Shown here: positions 35,445 through 45,306 of the stretch, in pieces
Position numbering within the stretch: position 1 is the first letter of the stretch
Layout of the letters: every line of letters begins with the position of its first letter
Source: Thermoanaerobaculia bacterium
Lineage (GTDB): Bacteria; Acidobacteriota; Thermoanaerobaculia; Multivoradales; JAHEKO01
Length of the DNA stretch: 64,000 nucleotides
Assembly (NCBI GenBank): GCA_945787575.1
Contig: CALZKB010000004.1
Location: 4,776-68,775, forward strand
Direction: 5' to 3'
The notes under the pieces: generated by a model
The model's input: only the letters and a program-made list of their open reading frames with translations
Told to the model about the DNA's origin: nothing
Database searches by the model: none
Translations under genes and position numbers: made by a program

Positions 35445-37001
35445 CTACCTCTTGCGCCGCTGGTGGATCGCGACGCCGACCGCGATCACCGCCAGCGGGA
35501 GGCCGAGGACGACGAACCAGAAGATCCGCCGCATCTCCGAGGAGGTCAGGCTCAAGCGGATGCTCTCCGGCGTCTTGGGCGCGATCGCCACCAGCGCCTC
35601 GCGCTCGGCCAGCCAGTTCAGGGTGTTGGAGAGCAGCGTCAGGTTCCCGACGTTCTGGAGCTGGGCGTTGGTCGCAAAAGTCGCGTCGCCCAACACGACG
35701 ATACGCTCGCCCCGGTTCTGCTCCGACCCGCCATCCGACTCGGGAGAGTCGATGTCGACCGCTTCCGTCGTCTCATCGGGCAATTCGCCGGACGCATCTC
35801 CGCCCGCGGCCCCATCGTCGCCCGTGGCCGCCAACGCCACCCCGATCGAGACCGGACCCGCGAGATCTCCTTCGTCGAGCTGGATGGATCCGAGGTTGTC
35901 GAGATCGGACTCGCCCCAGCCCTCGGCGCTCGTCTCCACGAGCTCGGTTATCGCGTATCCCTCGATGCTCTCGGCGGGGGTCACCGACCGCGCCAGCGAC
36001 AGGATCGTCGGCAGCTGCGCCTGGGCGAGCGAGCGGGTGATCGGGTGACTCCCGTAGCTCGTTACGTAAATCGTGTCCGCCCCGAAGAACGGCAGCGGGT
36101 TGGCCGGATCGACGACGATGTCGTTGCCGACTTCGATCCCGTAGCGCCCCAGCAGGCTCTCGAGTCCGGTCGTCACCAGTCCTCCAGCCGGACTGAGAGT
36201 CGGGTCGAGCAGGACCAGGAGCCGACCCCCCGCCTGGAGGAACGACTCGAGGAGATCGATCTCGGGCTGCACGAAGTTGCCGACCGGTCCCACGATGGCG
36301 ATGAGCTCGACGCCCTCGGGGACGGACGACGCGCCGAGCGACTCCCACGACTCGACCTCGAAGTTGTCCCGCTCGAGCAGCTCTCGGGCAGCGGAGAGCC
36401 CGGTGGGAGAGAAATCCGAGAGCTGGAGCTCGCCGTGCCCGCTCGTGAAGACGACTTTCGGTCGCTCGCTCTGAGTCAGCTCGAGCAGGGCGCTGGTGAA
36501 CTGCTGCTCGCCGGCGAAGCCGACCATTCTCGGCCCCTGTCCAAACTGCACGCCGGAGTAGTCGTACTCGGCCAGGTCGTTGGCTTCCACGAAGCGACGC
36601 TCCCCGGCGCTGTCGAAGACGATCACGTTGTCGGAGTCGATCCGGTAGCGGTCGACGAGTTCCTGGGCCTCGGCCAAGTTTCTCCCGGGATCGACCTCCC
36701 GCAGGATGAGCCTCGGCGAAGCCGCCTCGTAGCGCGCAAGGAGCTCCATGACCGGTCCGTAGAGCTCTCCGGTCGGCTCCATGTAGACCACGACGTCGAC
36801 GTCCTGCGCAAGCTCCTTCAGCACGTTCTCGGACTTCTCGGACAGGCTGTAGATCTCGCTCGCCGTCCAGTCCATCCGCTTGTGGTACTTCCAGCCGAAG
36901 TAGTTCACCAACGCCAGCAACGCCGCCACCAGCACCACGCCGACCCCGAGAGTCGACGCCTCGGTCATCGCCTTCTTCGTTCTCGTCTGCCGATCGGTCA
37001 T
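35445..37001 (-). CDS. gldG: GldG-family ABC-transporter auxiliary protein
   Basis: 518-aa ORF with N- and C-terminal TM helices and a GldG-like core (..VVFTSGHGE.., ..IVVLGDATFATN..). Confidence 0.7.
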   Translation of the reverse strand: MTDRQTRTKKAMTEASTLGVGVVLVAALLALVNYFGWKYHKRMDWTASEIYSLSEKSENVLKELAQDVDVVVYMEPTGELYGPVMELLARYEAASPRLILREVDPGRNLAEAQELVDRYRIDSDNVIVFDSAGERRFVEANDLAEYDYSGVQFGQGPRMVGFAGEQQFTSALLELTQSERPKVVFTSGHGELQLSDFSPTGLSAARELLERDNFEVESWESLGASSVPEGVELIAIVGPVGNFVQPEIDLLESFLQAGGRLLVLLDPTLSPAGGLVTTGLESLLGRYGIEVGNDIVVDPANPLPFFGADTIYVTSYGSHPITRSLAQAQLPTILSLARSVTPAESIEGYAITELVETSAEGWGESDLDNLGSIQLDEGDLAGPVSIGVALAATGDDGAAGGDASGELPDETTEAVDIDSPESDGGSEQNRGERIVVLGDATFATNAQLQNVGNLTLLSNTLNWLAEREALVAIAPKTPESIRLSLTSSEMRRIFWFVVLGLPLAVIAVGVAIHQRRKR

Positions 37002-37005
37002 GACG

Positions 37006-37746
37006 CTACCTCCATTTCCTCACCGCCAGCGCACGGGTGGCAAGAAACAGGAAGAACGCGGTCGTGGACGCGTAGTAGACCAACCTTCGGGTGTCGACGA
37101 TCCCCCGTGAGAACTCCTCCATGTGCTGCCAAAGGTTGAGGTAGCCGAACACGGTCTTGAGACCCTCGTTGTTGCTGAGCATTTCGAGCAGCCCAAAAGT
37201 GAAGACCGGAATCAGCATCGCGAAGGTCAGGATCGCCGCCACAAGCTGGCTGCGAGTCAAGGCGGTGGCCAGCATGCCGATCGAGAGGAAGAGAGCGCCG
37301 ATTCCGAGCACGCCGAGGTAACCGGAGGCGACCGGCCCCCAGTCGACCTGATGGTGACGGGCGACGATCACCGCGTAGATCACCGTCGGCAGCCACAGGA
37401 ACACGTAGAACGCCAGCGCCGCCAGGAACTTGCCGACGATCACTTGCGCCTCGGTCACCGGGGCGGTCATCAGGGTCTCGATCGTCCCCGACCGACGCTC
37501 TTCGCTGATCAGCCGCATGGTGATCACCGGCGTGATGAACAGCAGCACGAGCCAGAAGTAGACCGTCTGCCCGAAGAAGTACTCGAGCGGCGCTCCGATT
37601 CCGGCGCGCGGATCGTTGAGGAAGCTCAAAATCACGCCGAAGGTAAGGCCGTTCACGACGAGGACGAGCGCCGCCACGATGTAGGCGAGAGGCGAGAAGA
37701 AGTAGGCGCGAAGCTCGCGCGAGATAGTGGCCCAGATGCCGTTCAC
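37006..37746 (-). CDS. ABC-2 type transporter permease (GldF-like)
   Basis: GTG 37746 overlaps the upstream stop (GTGA). The product is a six-TM hydrophobic protein (..REL RAYFFSPLAYIVAALVLVVNG..). The upstream part of ORF 37006..37854 is not needed. Confidence 0.8.
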   Translation of the reverse strand: MNGIWATISRELRAYFFSPLAYIVAALVLVVNGLTFGVILSFLNDPRAGIGAPLEYFFGQTVYFWLVLLFITPVITMRLISEERRSGTIETLMTAPVTEAQVIVGKFLAALAFYVFLWLPTVIYAVIVARHHQVDWGPVASGYLGVLGIGALFLSIGMLATALTRSQLVAAILTFAMLIPVFTFGLLEMLSNNEGLKTVFGYLNLWQHMEEFSRGIVDTRRLVYYASTTAFFLFLATRALAVRKWR

Positions 37747-38699
37747 GACGCCACCTCCTCGGTCGATGGTGATGCCGCCCGATCGTCGGTCGTGAGCCTG
37801 ACGAAAATGTCCTCGAGCGAGGCGCTGCGGAGGGTCAGCTCGAGCAGCGTCCACCCTCTCTCGACCGCCAGGCGGAACACCTCCTCACGTGGGTCGCTAC
37901 CCGGGCGGCAGCGCAGTTCGAATCGGCTTTCGCCAACCCGATCGACGCCGGCGACTCCCGGCAGCGACTCGAGCGTCTCGGCGCGATCGCTCGCCGCGCC
38001 CTTGAGCTCGAGCGCCACGACCGCTTCGCCCTGCCAGCTCTGCCGCAAGCTCTCCGGCGTCCCCTCGGCCACGATCCGGCCGCGATCGATGATGATCACT
38101 CGATCGCACAGCAGCTCGACCTCGGGCAGAATATGGGTCGACAGCAGCAAGGTCCTCTGACCTCCGAGCTTTCGGATGAGCTCGCGAATGGCGATGATCT
38201 GCTTGGGATCGAGGCCGATGGTAGGCTCGTCGAGGACCAGGACCTCGGGCTGATGGAGGATCGTCGCCGCCAGGCCGACCCGTTGCTTGAAGCCCTTCGA
38301 GAGAGTACCGATCACCTTCCCGGACACCTGCTCGATCAGACAGTCCGCGAGCGCTCCGCGAATGGCCTTCTTGGCCTCGGTCGATCTCATCCCCTCGAGG
38401 CGAGCCCGATACGACAGATACTCCGACACCCTCATCTCGGGATAGAGCGCCACGTTCTCCGGCAGGTAACCGATCTTCCGGCGAGCCGAGACCGGATCCT
38501 CGAAGAGATCGTGTCCCGCCACTCGGACCCTCCCGGAGCTCGGAGGAAGAAATCCGGTGATGACCCGGATCGCCGTCGTCTTCCCCGCTCCGTTGGGACC
38601 CAGCATACCGACGATCTCGCCGTCGCCGACGGTGAACGAGACGCCGTCGACGGCCGTCAGGTCGCCGTACCTGCGGGTGAGATCTTCAGCTTCGATCAT
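37743..38699 (-). CDS. ABC transporter ATP-binding protein (GldA-like)
   Basis: ATG 38699 preceded by GGAGGAGG. Walker A GPNGAGKTT, signature LSKGFKQR, Walker B LVLDEP. Confidence 0.9.
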   Translation of the reverse strand: MIEAEDLTRRYGDLTAVDGVSFTVGDGEIVGMLGPNGAGKTTAIRVITGFLPPSSGRVRVAGHDLFEDPVSARRKIGYLPENVALYPEMRVSEYLSYRARLEGMRSTEAKKAIRGALADCLIEQVSGKVIGTLSKGFKQRVGLAATILHQPEVLVLDEPTIGLDPKQIIAIRELIRKLGGQRTLLLSTHILPEVELLCDRVIIIDRGRIVAEGTPESLRQSWQGEAVVALELKGAASDRAETLESLPGVAGVDRVGESRFELRCRPGSDPREEVFRLAVERGWTLLELTLRSASLEDIFVRLTTDDRAASPSTEEVAS

Positions 38700-38920
38700 C
38701 CTCGCCTCCTCCGAGCAAACCGATCCTTCGAGCCGGACAGCCAACCGGATTGAGAGCCGGCCGCGGGTAGGTGCACGCTTCAAGGAAGCAAAACGTATGC
38801 CGCTTAGGTAGGCCACGACACGGCCTTCGAGTGCCTCTCGACTGCGTAAGTTTGACCGGCCGCGCGCCAGCTTGACACCCCGAGGCGCCGCCGGCGAGGA
38901 GGTGTTAGCCTGCCCAACCT

Positions 38921-39140
38921 ATGACCGCGATCCTCATGGTCACGCTCGACCTCGCGCTCGACGTGAGCGGTGCCGTCGGCGCCGTCGTCCGCGAGGAGAA
39001 GCCGGGTCCGCGAACCGTCCGCTTCGAACCGGGGGCGAAGGCCTCGACGTTGCGAGAGCCGTCCACGAGCTGGGCGGTAGGTAGTGGTCGGCGGGGCGCC
39101 GTGACCGATTGCGCCGTGTTCACGAAATCAACCATCCGAG
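38921..39140 (+). pseudogene. degenerate N-terminal fragment of a PfkB-family sugar kinase (1-phosphofructokinase-like)
   Basis: Frame A gives MTAILMVTLDLALDVSGAVGAVVREE..RFEP. The next frame gives GGEGLDVARAVHELGG then a stop. Compare the FruK N-terminus ..TITLNPAYD....AAGKGINVAKVLKDLG. No kinase body follows; gap starts at 39154. Confidence 0.55.
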
Positions 39141-39153
39141 CAAGGAGCTCGAA

Positions 39154-40184
<1,031 letters not shown>

Positions 40185-40188
<4 letters not shown>

Positions 40189-41540
40189 AGTTGAGTTTCC
40201 TGGGCGCCGCCGGCACGGTCACCGGATCCAAGTTCCTCCTCGAGCGGAGCGGCAAGAAGATCCTCTTCGACTGCGGACTGTTTCAAGGGATCAAGAAGAT
40301 CCGAGAGCGCAACTGGCGGCCGCCCGCCGTCGATCCGGCGACCCTCGACGCCGTCGTCTTGACCCACGCCCACCTCGACCACAGCGGCTTCCTTCCCGTC
40401 TTCGTTCGCGAGGGATTCGACGGGCCGATCTACTGCACTCCCCCAACCGCGGACCTGGCGGCGATCCTCCTCCCGGACAGCGGCCGAATCCACGAGGAGG
40501 ACGCGCGCTACGCGAACCGCAAGGGCTACTCGAGTCACGAGCCGGCCGAGCCGCTGTACACGGAAGCGCACGCCAAGCGCGCCCTCGAGCTTCTCCAGCC
40601 GGTTCAGTTCGACCAGCCCTTCACCGTCGGCGACGCCGAGCTCCGCTATCGTCACGCCGGTCACATTCTGGGCGCCGCCAACGTTCAGGTCGGCGCCGAG
40701 GGGCGGCACCTGCTCTTCTCGGGCGACATCGGCCGCCAGAACGATCTGCTGCTCGCACCTCCCGAGCCTCCGGCGAAGGCCGACTGGATCGTCATGGAGT
40801 CGACCTACGGGGATCGAATCCACGACCGCCGCGATCCGATCGAGGCGTTCGAGGTGATCATCGAACGCGCGCTCCGGAAACGAGGCGTCGTGCTGATTCC
40901 GTCGTTTGCCGTCGGGCGCGCGCAGACGATGTTGTACTGCCTCTACCGCCTGTTCCGGGATCGCGGCACACCCAAGGTCCCGGTCTTCGTGGACAGCCCG
41001 ATGACGACCGACGTCACCCGGGTCTACCGCCGCCACAAGTACGACCACAAGTTGAGCTCGAAGGAGATCAAGGACGCGTTCGGGATTGCTCAGTTCGTCT
41101 CTTCCGTCAACGAGTCGAAGAACCTGAGCGCCAATCACGACACCAAGATCATCATCTCGGCGAGCGGCATGGCCACCGCCGGCAGGATCCTCCATCACCT
41201 CAAGGCCTTCGTAAGCGACGCCCGCAACACCGTCGTGCTCCCCGGCTTCCAGGCGCCGGGAACCCGCGGCGCAGCGCTCGCGGCGGGCGCCGACTCGGTC
41301 AAGATCCACGGTCGCCACTTCGCGGTCGAGGCGGAGGTCGAACAGGTCGATCTCTTCTCGGCCCATGCGGATCAGGAAGAGCTGCTGACCTGGCTCGGCG
41401 CCGCCGAAAGCCGTCCACGCCAGGTCTTCCTCGTGCACGGTGAGCCGCTGCCCGCCGACATCCTGCGCCAGCGAATCGAAGAGCGATTGGGACATCGGGT
41501 CTACGTGCCTGACTACCGCGAGACGGTCGACCTCTCCTGA
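40185..41540 (+). CDS. MBL-fold / beta-CASP hydrolase with RNA-metabolising domain
   Basis: AGGAGG RBS. ATG 40185 overlaps the gap stop (ATGA). Motifs: MKLSFLGAAGTVTGSKFLL, THAHLDHSG, beta-CASP motifs, C-terminal ..LVHGEP. Confidence 0.85.
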
Positions 41541-41614
41541 GGTCGCGCCTTCGCAACCGGACCCGTGCTCGCAACAACGGTCAGGACCTGCGCCACGGGC
41601 TGCTAGGAGACGAC

Positions 41615-42349
41615 ATGGACGAATCGGAACTCGAGGCTGCTGCTCGCTGGGGTACCCCCCGCTACCCCTACGACCGTCATCTCACGGAGGGCCACAACCC
41701 GTTCCTCCGCGAACGGCGGCGAGCGTTTCGCATCTTCCGCGAGTTCATCCGCGGTTTTCGCGCCTTCCACACCATAGGGCCCTGCGCCACCGTCTACGGT
41801 TCCGCGAGATTCAAGGAAGAGCACCGCTACTACAAGCTCACCCGAGATTTGGGCCAGCGGCTGGCGCGAGCCGGTTTCGTGGTGATGACCGGCGGCGGCC
41901 CCGGGGTCATGGAGGCCGCCAACCGCGGCGCCAAGGAGGCCGGCGGCATGTCGGTCGGCTGCAACATCGAGCTGCCTCGCGAAGAGCAGCACAACGCCTA
42001 CCTCGACCGCTGGGTCGAGTTTCGCTACTTCTTCGTGCGCAAGGTGATGCTGATCAAGTACTCCTACGCGTTCTTCGGGATGCCCGGAGGCTTCGGGACG
42101 ATGGACGAGGTGTTCGAAACCGCCACTCTTGTCCAGACCGGCAAGATCGCGGCTTTCCCGATGGTTCTGCTCGGTACCGATTACTGGCAGCCGCTCTTTG
42201 ATTTCATCCGGAGCAGCATGCTGGCCGAGGGGACGATCAACGAGGACGAGTATCTGCCCCTGATGCTGACCGACGACCTGGACGAGGCGATCGACTTCGC
42301 GGTCCAGGGGGCCGAGCACAACTTGGGAGCGCGTCTCAAGCCGCTCTAG
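41615..42349 (+). CDS. LOG-family / TIGR00730 Rossmann-fold nucleotide-binding protein
   Basis: 244-aa ORF with GGGPGVMEAANRGA and PGGFGTMDE LOG motifs. Confidence 0.88.
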   Translation: MDESELEAAARWGTPRYPYDRHLTEGHNPFLRERRRAFRIFREFIRGFRAFHTIGPCATVYGSARFKEEHRYYKLTRDLGQRLARAGFVVMTGGGPGVMEAANRGAKEAGGMSVGCNIELPREEQHNAYLDRWVEFRYFFVRKVMLIKYSYAFFGMPGGFGTMDEVFETATLVQTGKIAAFPMVLLGTDYWQPLFDFIRSSMLAEGTINEDEYLPLMLTDDLDEAIDFAVQGAEHNLGARLKPL

Positions 42350-42611
42350 GACCCCCGATACTACTGCCTCCGGTGGCTGGTAGTCCTTCGTTTCCGAGCG
42401 GCACGAAAGAACCCACCGAGGCCGAGGGCGACATTTCTCCCCCAAGGGAGTTCTAGGGCGGTGCCTTTGGGTCCGCTCGGTCAACGCCCGGGGAGCGCCC
42501 CGCCGGGACACCACGAAATCAGGCCGCTCGGGCCCTCCGAGGGCGGCACGGCCGTTGCGTATCACGGTTGCAGCCGGAGTGTTCGGGCGCGACCACGACA
42601 GGAGAGAAGCG

Positions 42612-44651
42612 ATGACGAAATCCAAACATCAGCGACCTGCGGGAAGCCTCCCTTGGTGGAGGGCCACGGGAGTCTGGCCGTACTGGACAATGGCCGCCAT
42701 GCTCCTCAGCACGGTTGCCGTCGCCGCGCACGGCGCTCCAGAACTCACCGACCTGTCGCTCGACGAGCTCCTCGGCGTCGAGGTGGTCTTCTCGGCCTCG
42801 AAGTACGAGCAGCATCCGCTCGACGCCCCGGCCTCGGTGAGCATCGTCACCCGAGAAGAGATCGAAGCTCACGGCTACAGGACTCTCGCCGAGATCTTGG
42901 GGGCAACCCGAGGGATCTTCACGACCTACGACCGCACCTACCACTACGCGGGCATTCGCGGCTTCGGCAGGCCCGGCGACTACAACAGCCGCCTGCTCCT
43001 GTTGGTCGACGGGGCTCGGCTAAACGACAACATCTACGAGTCGGCAGGGATCGGGGGTGACTTCCCTGTCGACATCGATCTGATCGAGCGAGTGGAGATC
43101 GTTCGCGGCCCGAGCTCGTCGATCTACGGGACGAGCGCACTGTTCGGAGTCGTCAACGTCGTGACGAGGACCGGTGAGAGCGTCGACGGTCTGGAAGTCT
43201 CGATCGGCACCGGGAGCTTCGACACCCAGAGCGCCGACCTACGATACGGAATGGTCTCCGACAACGGCGTGGAGCTCCTGGCGTCAGCCTCGATTCTCGA
43301 CAGCGGCGGCCAGCGACTCTACTTCAGCGAGTTCGACAGCCCGGAATCTGATGACGGCATTGCCGACATCGATGACGAGAAGATCACGTCGTTCTTCGTT
43401 TCCAGTTCGTACAGAGACCTCGAGTTCGAGGCCTTCTCGAGCCGGCGGGAAAAGGGCATCCCCACGGCGTCTTGGGAGACCGAGTTCGCCGACCCCCGGA
43501 CCCGGAGTTTCGACGATCAGGACCGGTTGACCCTCACGTTCGACCGCTCTGGAGACCGAGCCTGGGGGCTGCTCGCACGGGCCAGCTACAACCGCTACGC
43601 CTATGTCGGCGACTACGCCTTCGACTACGGTGAGGAAGATGAGCCGTACGTCGTCGTCAATCGAGACGACGCGCTTGGCGAGTGGTGGGGTGGTGAGCTA
43701 CAGCTGAAGCGAAGGCTACCAGCCGGCCACACGGTGCTCCTGGGAACCGAGCTGCGCGACAACTTTCGTCAGAACCAGTCGAATTTCGACGAGGAGATCT
43801 ACCTGGACGAAAGGAACTCGACCGTCACTTGGGGAGCCTATGCTCAAGGAGAGTTCCTTCTCGGCCAGAAGCTGCGAGTCAACGGCGGGCTGCGCTACGA
43901 CAACTATCAGGACCTAGACAGCCGGTTGAGCCCCCGGTTGGCGCTCATCTACCGATCGTCGGAGTCGTCCAGCTGGAAGCTCTTGGCTGGAACCGCATTC
44001 CGAGCTCCGAGCGCCTACGAGCGCTACTACCACGACGGTGAATATACGAGCAAGGCACCGACCAGCCTCGAAAGCGAGACCATCGAGACCCTGGAACTGG
44101 TCTGGGAGCGGGAGCTGGCGAGCGGTTGGAAGCTCGCGGCGTCGCTCTACGACTACGATCTCAGAGACCTGATCAACTACACGACCGACCCGGCTGACGA
44201 GCTCCTCGTGTTCTCCAACCTGAACCGAGCGGAGGCCAACGGCGTCGAGGTCGAGTTGGCCGGCACGCTCCGAGGAGGGATAGGGGGGCGATTCAGCTAC
44301 AGCCGCCAGCGTGTCAAGGACGGAGTCAGCGGTGAGACGCTCTCCAACACTCCCGAGCACCTGGCCAAGGTTCTGCTCACTCGACCGATCTCGAGCGAGC
44401 GGATCAGGGTCGGTGCTCAGCTCGACTACATGTCGACGAGGCGAGCCCTTGACGGCACCATCGTTGACGATCACCTCGTCACCAACTTCACCCTCGCGAG
44501 CGACCTGTGGGACGAACGCGGGCGGGTCACCATGGGCCTCTTCAACCTGTTCGATGAGAGCTTCGGCGACCCTGGGTCGGAAGAGCATGAGCAGCGAATG
44601 ATCCCTCAGAACGGCCGGAGCTGGTGGCTCGAGCTCTCTTGGAGGTTCTGA
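42612..44651 (+). CDS. TonB-dependent outer-membrane receptor
   Basis: AGGAGA RBS, then ATG 42612. It has a signal peptide, a plug domain (SVSIVTREEIEAHGYRTLAEILGATRGIF), a long beta-barrel and a terminal ..LELSWRF. Confidence 0.88.
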   Translation: MTKSKHQRPAGSLPWWRATGVWPYWTMAAMLLSTVAVAAHGAPELTDLSLDELLGVEVVFSASKYEQHPLDAPASVSIVTREEIEAHGYRTLAEILGATRGIFTTYDRTYHYAGIRGFGRPGDYNSRLLLLVDGARLNDNIYESAGIGGDFPVDIDLIERVEIVRGPSSSIYGTSALFGVVNVVTRTGESVDGLEVSIGTGSFDTQSADLRYGMVSDNGVELLASASILDSGGQRLYFSEFDSPESDDGIADIDDEKITSFFVSSSYRDLEFEAFSSRREKGIPTASWETEFADPRTRSFDDQDRLTLTFDRSGDRAWGLLARASYNRYAYVGDYAFDYGEEDEPYVVVNRDDALGEWWGGELQLKRRLPAGHTVLLGTELRDNFRQNQSNFDEEIYLDERNSTVTWGAYAQGEFLLGQKLRVNGGLRYDNYQDLDSRLSPRLALIYRSSESSSWKLLAGTAFRAPSAYERYYHDGEYTSKAPTSLESETIETLELVWERELASGWKLAASLYDYDLRDLINYTTDPADELLVFSNLNRAEANGVEVELAGTLRGGIGGRFSYSRQRVKDGVSGETLSNTPEHLAKVLLTRPISSERIRVGAQLDYMSTRRALDGTIVDDHLVTNFTLASDLWDERGRVTMGLFNLFDESFGDPGSEEHEQRMIPQNGRSWWLELSWRF

Positions 44652-44691
44652 GTTCGCGCCCGATCCTGGAGGACGACTGCGAAGAGACGCG

Positions 44692-45306
44692 ATGCATGGG
44701 ATCATGCAAACTGAGGGCCCCAGCCACAGAAGGCCGATCGGCACCAAGCTGCTCGCCACGTTGCTCCTCTGTGCCGCGAGCCACTCCCCGGCGATCGCAT
44801 TACCGGATCCCGAGGATGTCCGTGAGGCTCCCGAGCACGCTGTGAAGGCGGCGTTTCTCTACAACTTCGCCCAGCTCGTCGAGTGGCCTTCGGACAGCGC
44901 ACAGCAGCGAGGCGAGAGCTTGCGCGTCGGCGTCTGGTCCGACAAAGAGCGCAGCCGCCAGGTGGCTCGCGTCATCAGCGGGAAGCAAGTCGACGGGCGG
45001 CCGATCGAGGTCCGGGTGATGGACGACGTAGAAGCTCTGACGGACTGCCAGATTCTCTTCATACCGGCTTCCGCGCCGAAACAGCTGGCCACGATCTTGG
45101 CTGCCGTTCGAGACTTGCCAATCCTCACGGTCGGAGAGGCGGAATCGTTCTCCGCGATGGGAGGCATCATCCGTCTCAAGATCGTCGAAAGCCGAGTCCG
45201 CTTCGAGATCAACCTCGAGTCCGCCGGCAGATCCGGCTTGACGGTCAGCTCGAAGCTGCTCCGAGTGGCCGAGGTCGTCGGCCTTCCCAACGAGGGGAGC
45301 CGATGA
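44692..45306 (+). CDS. YfiR-family (DUF4154) periplasmic protein
   Basis: 204-aa ORF with a signal peptide. Motifs: VKAAFLYNFAQLVEWP, ILFIPAS, LTVGE..F...GGIIRL......VRFEINL. Confidence 0.8.
   Translation: MHGIMQTEGPSHRRPIGTKLLATLLLCAASHSPAIALPDPEDVREAPEHAVKAAFLYNFAQLVEWPSDSAQQRGESLRVGVWSDKERSRQVARVISGKQVDGRPIEVRVMDDVEALTDCQILFIPASAPKQLATILAAVRDLPILTVGEAESFSAMGGIIRLKIVESRVRFEINLESAGRSGLTVSSKLLRVAEVVGLPNEGSR

Noticed and set aside
38872-38877. TTGACA-like hexamers (38853 and 38872) as the gap promoter, and other -35/-10 guesses in GC-rich spacers.
   Set aside because: No acceptable -10 element lies at 16-19 nt spacing. Promoter calling by eye in this composition is unreliable.
42420-42520. 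Guanidine-I (ykkC)-like or cobalamin riboswitch upstream of the TonB receptor (ctaggg..gggtccg..acgcccgggga..ccgggaca).
   Set aside because: Only short words match. The conserved GGUCCGAGAG and ACGR..GGGA..GCCCGGGAGA arrangement and the P1a hairpin are not reproduced. No B12 box (GCCACTG-type core) is present. TonB receptors are not typical guanidine-riboswitch targets.
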